From the NCBI RefSeq assembly GCF_009914755.1, contig NC_060935.1: 64,000 bases of DNA. One strand, 5' to 3'. This DNA comes from the human T2T-CHM13v2.0 reference genome, Homo sapiens. The position numbers and the translations under genes were made by a program. Shown here piece after piece: positions 56,255-64,000 of this stretch (its first letter is position 1; each line of letters opens with the position of its first letter). A model generated the notes under the pieces. It was not told the DNA's origin and did no database searches. It saw only the letters and a list, made by a program, of their open reading frames with translations.

Positions 56255-56468
56255 CAGGAATCAGCAAACTGTAGCCTGCAGCTCATTTTTGTAAATAACA
56301 TTTTAATGTAAAACAGCCACACTCATTTGTTAATGTATTATGTGTGATTGCTTTTACACTTCCATGGCAGAGATGAGTACTTGTGACAGAGACCATATGG
56401 CTCACAAATTCACTATCTGACCTAAAATTCACTATTTGATCATTTATACAAAAGTATGCCAACTCCTG
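56255..56468 (+). mobile_element. MER58A-like hAT-Charlie MITE
   Basis: Termini caggaatcagcaaact ... agtatgccaactcctg; core 'aacagccacactcatttg...gtgacagagaccatatggc'. Confidence 0.85.
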
Positions 56469-56527
56469 GTCTAGGCTGCACAAACATTTCAGGCAGTCCT
56501 AATACATGTGATTCTGATACTCTAGAT

Positions 56528-56724
56528 CAATGCTTCTCAAAATTTGGCATGCGTAGGATAAGTATCATCTAGAGAGCTGGTTAAAACACAGATGCTTGGG
56601 CCCCAACTCCAGATATTCTTGATTCCACAGAGCTAAGGTAGGGCTCAGGGATTTGCATTTCTAAAAGGGTCCAGGTGATGCTGATGCTGTTGATAGTTTG
56701 GATTTCACACTTTGAGTAGCACTG
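56528..56724. mobile_element. MER5A-like hAT-Charlie MITE
   Basis: TIRs caatgcttctcaaa / tttgagtagcactg; 8-bp TSD ctctagat/ctctagaa, the typical hAT TCTAGA target. Confidence 0.88.
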
Positions 56725-57014
56725 CTCTAGAAAATCATTGTCAATAAACCTGATAGTCTTTAGTGTTTGCTCAACTGGGAAAATTACTGCTTTCAATTGG
56801 GAAAATTATTGCTTTATGAAAAATAAGTATATGAGACTTATTCACTATCAGGAGTGATAAGTGAATAAGTGAGACTTATTCACTATCAAAATGTGTTCAG
56901 GGATTGAATATTTAAGATAGATACAGACACAATACCTGTTGAATTCATTATGTTTCATATGAGCAAGACAGTGTTTTACCTACACTGATATAATTTAGTT
57001 ATCATAATTTTGAT

Positions 57015-57190
57015 GTATTTATCAACATATTTCAATAAGGTAATTATTATCACTTGCATTTGTGTGAATAAACTGAAGCTTCAAGAACTGAAGAAATTTG
57101 CTCAAAGCCATACACCAGAAAGTGGAGGAAATTGGATTCAGAAAATGCCTTCTCACTCCAAATTCTGTACTCTTACCCCTCTTCTATGTT
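57015..57190 (-). mobile_element. MIR fragment
   Basis: 'aaactgaagcttcaagaactgaagaaatttgctcaaagccatacaccagaaagtggagg...ggattcag'. Confidence 0.65.
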
Positions 57191-57689
57191 AAAAATCTAA
57201 ACCATGATGCTTGAGCCTCTGACAAATTTGGCTAAAGAAATGAACATTTCTGGAAGTTTCATTCTGGAGACTAATGGAACAGGTGGAAAGTGAATATTAC
57301 CCTTAAACAACTTTTAATTTATTCATATTTTTCCTAAACCAGAGAACTAATTCATTAGTTTTTATGTAGTAACCTAATTTGCAGGGGTTGTGGGGGGTGT
57401 GGGGAAAATGTAGAAAGCCAAAGACCAATAAAACTATTCAAACCAGTTTAAACGATACAGTTAAGTTACTTCTGCTGCATCATCAACGCCAAACTGAAAG
57501 TTTGTCTCTAGAAATTGACTGGAAAGACAAAAACTTGCCTTCAGTCCTCTTCTGTTCAACATATATTTACCAATAAATTGATCAACATGCATGCACACAC
57601 ATATATGTATACACCTTGAGATCTTAACTATTTTGCAGAGTACTTTAATCAAATTTTATTTGATTTGGTACCAACATAACACACTAATA

Positions 57690-57830
57690 CAGGTTTATTA
57701 TTCTTTCCATTTTACAGATGATAGAATTGATGAGGCAAAAATAAGACATGCATTTTGCTAAAGGCCATGCTACAAGCAAATGACAGTAACAGGGTTTGAG
57801 TCTAAAAACTTATTCTCCTGATTCCAGCTC
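57690..57830 (-). mobile_element. MIR fragment
   Basis: 'attattctttccattttacagatga...aaggccatgctacaagcaaatgacagtaacagggtttgag'. Confidence 0.6.
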
Positions 57831-59219
57831 CTTTGATGTTGGCAGATTCCAACAAGTTAGGAGAGGCAGTTAAAATGCCAAATATCAGATTTATTAGAGT
57901 CTTTAAAATTTCTAAGTCTAATTTAAGACTGTTGAATTACTTCTTCTATTATAGAAAGCATTCTAACTTGAGCCATCCATATCACCTCCCATTTTACCTT
58001 TTAACATTATAACTGCACCCATACGGTTCACAGGATTCCTGTGCAGAATTTCTCCAATGACCAGTTTTGGTGTGTAACCTTCTATTATAGTTTTGGATGT
58101 GTGTGACTTCTCTGGTGGTTGACTGTATTTGCAGAATGATCCTTTTTTGCTAAATAAAACACTCTATTTTTTTTTTGTCCTAACCTGCTAACCAGGTAGC
58201 TAGTGAACCCAATTTAAGTGAAGCCTATAATGTTCTCAATAAATACTTTACAGGTTAAGAATTCTGCATATATTTGCATAATCATAGATAATTGTTTCAA
58301 AATTATCTTCCAGTGGGCAAATGAGTGATGCATTCTTAAATTGCCTGACTGCTTGTGATTTGTTTTGTGCATTGTCACTTGTTTAGCCAATAGAAACTGT
58401 AAAGAAATTTTATGAGTTTAAAATGCCAGAAATAAGCCAAGCTGAATAGATTTTTCTTTAAAAATCACTCAGCTTTACTAATTACTATTATTAAGAATTT
58501 ATATTGTACTTTTTGTTTACAAATACTTTACCGGCAGCAATTAACTACGTACCTGGGGTAATGGTTGCTATTATTTCCTTCATTTTGTGTGCTGGTAAAA
58601 CTAACAAGCAAAATTAAATCGTCTTGTGTGTGTGTATGTGCGTGCATGTGTTTGTGTGTGTGTGTTTTAGGGGCATGGCAAATTGCTGTTGGAACTAATT
58701 TATAATTATGACTTTCTGGATCCTCAAATCTTTATGAATTTTCTGATAATCAAAATGAAAGCAATTTGGTCAATAACTAATCTCTAAGGTCTACAAAATT
58801 TACTGTTGGAAAACTCAGCGACAGTTTTTGCATATATTCAACATTTTGAGGCATGACCATTTTGGTTTGCTCCTCAGTTCTTTGGGTAAAAGTGACCTAA
58901 CTGGGTGGCATCTATTAGCTAACTCTCATTGGTGATGTAATGGTCCAATTGGCATACCTTCTTGGCAGTTTTGTTCAACAAATACTTCTTAATTCTCTGT
59001 TTGGTTACTGATGTTGCCCAAGGTATAAAGAAAAAAAAATTGAAGAAACCCACAGGGTCATTTTTTCCTGGGGCTGCAGATTCCTAAACAACTGCAGTTA
59101 AAGATGATGGGCTGAATACTAGAGATAAGAGTATTTGGCAAAGGAAAAGTTGCTATAGAAATTTTAGACAAAAGAATGATTCATCCCAAACCATAAAAAT
59201 GGGAATTTTATTTGATAAA

Positions 59220-59467
59220 TATGTATGACATACTCATTATTCCACAAGCATTGTTTTAAGTTCTTTACTACTATTAACTAATTTAATCTACACAGCACAA
59301 CCTCTGAAATAGGCACTATTTTATCCTCTCTTGTAGCTGGGGTTCCAGGCACAGAGTGGCTAAGAAACTTCCCTAAGTCACAAAGCTAACAGGTAGCAGA
59401 GCCAGAATTCAAACTCAGGTTATTTAGTTTAATTATCCTTACTCTTAGACACTACTGTCTGCTGCCT
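59220..59467 (-). mobile_element. MIR, near full length
   Basis: 'atttaatctacacagcacaacctctgaaataggcactatt...aggcacagagtggctaagaaacttccctaagtcaca...gcagagccagaattcaaactcagg'. Confidence 0.8.
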
Positions 59468-60404
59468 ACGTATCGTGAGATGTAACACAATAATATAATT
59501 TGGTTTCACTGATATTTCTCAGTTACAGATATTGTATGGTTTATGCTGGTATTTTATTTTGGTTTCAAGTGAAATCAGTTCTACTTTGAATATGATATAA
59601 ACCAAATTGGTGACTTGGAATTACTCTAGATTATCTGCAAATAGATATTAGAAAACAAATAAAATAAGTTTGATGCCTTTAATATGTACTGGACTTACAA
59701 CAAAAAATGAGTCAAGTAGTCTAGACACAGAAAATTGTCTTTACTTCCACAAAGAAACCTAGATCTTCGTAGTTTTGTTAAAACGAGGGACCTTCCTGCT
59801 CTCTTCTTTATTTTCCTACTTTGTGTAGAGAAATTAGTGCAAGAAAGATTTCACTGTCCTCTTGACTCTGCAAGAAAATCAGCAGATCAAGTATGGTGAT
59901 GAATGGCAACCAGTGCTCAGCATCATTGTCAGGGGAACAACATTGAGTGGCAAGGGAAAACTTGACTCTGCAGATTTTTGCCAAGGGTGGATGCTGTCCA
60001 AATGTAACATACTTCCTGATTCTTAGGCGATGGAATATACTTGCATATATATGTATGACACGTGTGTGCACACACATACACACAGCATAAACACACACCT
60101 TAAATCTCGATTTTCTTTATTTGTCAATAACTTAAGAAAACAAACAAAAATAACCACAACCATGCTGTTATGACCAACATCATGTGAACCAATATAAACC
60201 TGACTATAGGCTCCATTCCTTCTGGATCATGTCAAAGCAAGAGTGAAGTCAGGAAGTGAAATTAGGAGCACTCATCAGGACACCTGAGGTTGAAGTGAAT
60301 GGACTGAATGAAGCCCATCTGCTTTCTCTTGCATCGCGAAACCTTGATGGCACAGCCATCAGGATTTGGAAACTCAAATATCTTCCTCTTCAGGTCAGTG
60401 TCTG

Positions 60405-60432
60405 CATCTGTCAGAAGAGTCTAGCCTGTGGC

Positions 60433-60470
<38 letters not shown>

Positions 60471-60782
60471 AATAAATCACAAAATTGTAATAACAAAGGC
60501 TTATTTCTTGTTAAGCTATTTGTCCGTGGCTAGTGGACTCAGGGTTTTATACAGTGTTATGTAGAAGCAACCATCTCAAATATTGCTGGTTACAATCACA
60601 GAGAACAAGCAAGCTCAGAAAAATTTTGTCCTCAGTTAAATGGCCTGACACTTACTTAGTCCAAATAGACACACGGCATCTTCCAGCTACTAAAAACTAA
60701 CAAACAAAAAACCCAGGAGGAGAATTTTTGTACCCAAAGGGAAAAAGCTGAACATATTTGGGTAAGAAACCAATCATGATTA
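60405..60782 (-). mobile_element. Old MaLR LTR (MLT1J-like) with an A/(TA)n insertion
   Basis: 'aacaaaggcttatttcttg...gaagcaaccatctcaaatattgctggt...tgtacccaaagggaaaaagctgaacatatttgg'. Confidence 0.55.
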
Positions 60783-61571
60783 GATTTTTCTATGAAATAA
60801 TTAAAAGGTAGGCTGCTCCTGACCAATTATCAAACCAAATGCATTTATGGAATATTGATTTTATTGTGGTTTTTGTCGTTATTGTTTAGAAGGTTTGCGC
60901 TTACTGTAGCAGCAGTTCATCTATCCTAATGTTGGTAATGGGGTGAGAAAAACGTTTCTGCAATGCTATCTTTTTATTTTAAGAAAAGTTGCTACTACTA
61001 GAAGCACAATATGTTAATCACTAAGACACATCGCTAGGCACTTACTGACATTCCTAAAAGACAAATGAAAAGAGGCTTATATGAACTACATAAAAAAGTG
61101 TTTAACATAAGAACATTCAACTAGTTAGTGAATTTTGAAGCATTTACTAACATCTAGAGGGACTTACCAGGTTACCTATAGAAACGGGTATTATTTGTGT
61201 ACAAATTAGGCAGTCATGTTTTTTTGATGACATAGTCAATGAAAATCATATCATTATCAGATCCTATTGGTTGTGAGAATTATATAAAATGAGAACCATA
61301 TACAAGAAATAGGAAAGCAAAATAAAAGGGTGGTTGATGTGCAAGGCTGTGCAGAACCAGAGAATGAAGAGCAGAACGAAATTAAAGCTTTTGTCTGGTA
61401 CAACGACTACTTAAGTAAGCCCTTTGTATATGTTATATTATGAAAAACTTCTCAGAACGCCTAATCCATTTCTACATGACAAAGACAAACATCATTTTAA
61501 AATGTTTAAATGTATTCAATATTCAGCTAACAAGACAATTTTATTTATTATTTGAAACTCAATTAAGATAC

Positions 61572-61840
61572 CCTCTCTGGGAAGCCTCACTTGGAAGACT
61601 TCAGTAAAATTTCTTAACTCTCCATTCCCCAGAGTAAATGTCTTTTCCTTTTTTGCAGTATTACCACAGCACTCATTTATGTTTTCATGAAAGCGCTTGT
61701 CTCATCTAACTTGGGTTGTGGTTGTTCATGCCTTCATCTCCAGTGAAACCCCAGCTCGGAAAGCACAGGTGCACATCTTATTTGTCTGGGGGTTTTCCCA
61801 CATTGACTATTAAATTATGTGCTCTAAATGGCTGTTGGAA
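61572..61840 (+). mobile_element. L2 3'-end relic
   Basis: 'ccctctctgggaagcct...ccacagcactc...ggaaagcacaggtgcacatcttatttgtct...gtgctctaaatggctgttggaa'. Confidence 0.55.
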
Positions 61841-64000
61841 ACGCAGCTAAGGGGCTACACAATCCCTCCTGCACCAGGGGATGAATATTAGTTCAGTGCC
61901 ATGAAATGGTAAATATGAGTTACGTTTGACTTAGTTCTAGGTTCATCAGTTTACACAGGTGAGGAGAATATAGCAATGAGTATAATTGACAGGAATTTAC
62001 CTCAAGTACTATACATCGTCTCTTCATACATAAATTCTAACTACAGAGGGAGCAGCTTCTTCAGAAGCATTAGCCCTTCCCAGTGAAGTAGACCCTACGG
62101 AGTAATAAAGTGTAGTTAGCACTTGAATGTGGAGAAGGGATGTAAAGTAGTTTATTTTTCCCAGGAAATCAAGTGCTCTAATATTTCTCATTCTTTAACA
62201 GACTCTTTGGTTACAGGTTCCTGTAGCAGAAGAAAAATCTGATGTTCTGCTTATAAATTTTATCTGCTTTAAAAATATATGTGTATTCCACATAATTATC
62301 AAAAAGCTTAATTGTGGGAATCAGCTTCCTGCCATGGTATAATAGATACTGAGGAAGAGTCAATGAAAGTCAAAAATCCTCTACCCCAATTTGAATTATT
62401 TTCCACAATAAATCATTCTTAATAAATTTGATTAGTTTGGCATTTTGTGTTACTTGGTTTTCGTAGTTTGAAGGAATTCAAAGTCTTTATTTTGGTAGTA
62501 TTTTTGATTGCATATTATAATTTAAATTTTAATCAAAGTAGTGTGTGGCAATAGTTACCAATTAAAATTTCCTGAAATATAGGAGATGCTACTAATGTAT
62601 AACCAAGATAAAAAAATGGAATTCTAAACTCATTTGTTTAGTTGTTTCTATTGAAAAAACCTTCATATTCAAAATAATAATATGCTTAGTTCAAAATTAC
62701 CTTATTAAACAAATATATACATATTTGTATACATATATGTATAATATGTATAATTTCCATTGACTATACATTTTGATAAATTAGTATTTTTCTTTATGTT
62801 ACATCTCTGTTTTTCCTTCTGCTATCTTACAAGTAAGTTATTTGATCATTTGGAGGTAAGTTAAATCTCCATGTTTACATTATTGTGCTATGTATATAAA
62901 GCTCACTAGTAAGAAAAGATATAAAGTAATCATTGTGTACTCACTGTTAATAAGTAAGTAGCATTGTTGAGTCCAGATAGTTTGCTATTCCAGAAAGCAA
63001 GAAAGCTTGCAATAAATAAGGGATCAGGTCAAAAGGACACGACTTACCTTGAGGAAACCCAAAATGACAAATACGTGACTCTTTGAGTGTCATAAGAAAA
63101 AATTGATTCCAGGTGATAAAGATATAAATAAATCAAACCCCACGAATCCATAAAAATAATAACAAAAGAGAGAAAGCTAGAAGAAATATATCTTACTTAT
63201 AATGGTTAATATACCAAACACTTATTTTCAAAATTGGTATTTAATGGAAAAGCGTTAAACATCTGTCTTAATTTTATGGTGGGAATGAAATTTTCAAGTA
63301 GCCAATTCATCCTAGTTGATGACTCAAAACTCTATTGAAAAACACCACCTTGTCTGAATTGAAGAAATGATACATTTTGAAAATCGTTATTTTGAAATAT
63401 TGATTCAGGTAAAAATGACCAGTTGGTGGTTTTTACCGTAAGGTAGAAATTTAATGAAGAATTTAGTATTCCTTGTATTGTCAAATGTCATGTGGGTGAT
63501 GGATGTTCTACATAAGAATGAGTATACTAACAAACAAAAGGCGATGCTAACACTGAGTCCCAATTAGATATTAGATATTACTAGTTGCTTTGATTATGTT
63601 TTCTCATGTAATCTAATATGGTTTCAAAGGGGAAAAATACAGATCAAAGTAAAGTAATTTGGAGTCATTCGGCTAGAAAATGGCACAGAAAAATCCAAAC
63701 TCTTGTCTGTCTGATTCCTTTCTCTGTGCTACAAACTTCAAACTTAGGTTTTGAATATATGTATTTGATTAAACTTATATATTTGATTAAACTAATCCAT
63801 CTCTGCATATAGGACAATAATAGTATTAGATGAAATTTCTCTTACATAAAGCTATCACATATTTTAGGTGATGTCTAGAAAAAATTTTAATTTTTAAATA
63901 TGCTATATGGTAAGTTTATTAAACTGGAAAACAAGTACAAACAGATGATCAAGTATAGCATATTTAAATCTATGCACTGAAATTAATTTTTTTATAAGAG

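Noticed and set aside
58255-58400. Octamer (ATTTGCAT), Sox-like and CCAAT motifs close together
   Set aside because: Expected by chance in AT-rich DNA; no canonical composite spacing or other support.
62180-63060. Isolated strong splice-like signals (acceptors near 62201 and 62217 on plus, donor near 63047 on minus)
   Set aside because: No convincing partner site or reading frame found, so no exon could be defined.

Overview
AT-rich, CpG-poor primate (human-like: AluY/Yd and L1PA2-type elements) genomic DNA. I found no protein-coding gene, RNA gene or CpG island. Every ORF with a recognisable product is a decayed LINE-1 ORF1/ORF2 fragment; the rest are simple-repeat, LTR or chance ORFs. Much of the window is interspersed repeat: two young 5'-truncated L1PA copies, a ~6.5 kb L1MA2-like copy, and a very old L1MC-like element spread over ~20 kb (about 23.9-43.5 kb) by nested insertions. 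It also holds two full-length MaLR elements (MSTA, THE1B), many solo LTRs, five Alus, MIR/L2 relics, hAT MITEs and microsatellites. Repeat subfamily names come from recalled consensus features, not from a RepeatMasker run, so family calls are firmer than subfamily calls. I cannot support a new gene system here. The best observations are structural: (1) a twin-primed L1PA2 inserted exactly at the inversion junction of an older, also inverted L1; (2) the same ORF2 nonsense change (AGA-GAA-ATG to AGA-TAA-ATG) in three separate L1 copies; (3) a recurring set of locally templated forward/reverse 'patchwork' insertions that look like end-joining or template-switch scars; (4) a candidate non-coding exon on the minus strand.
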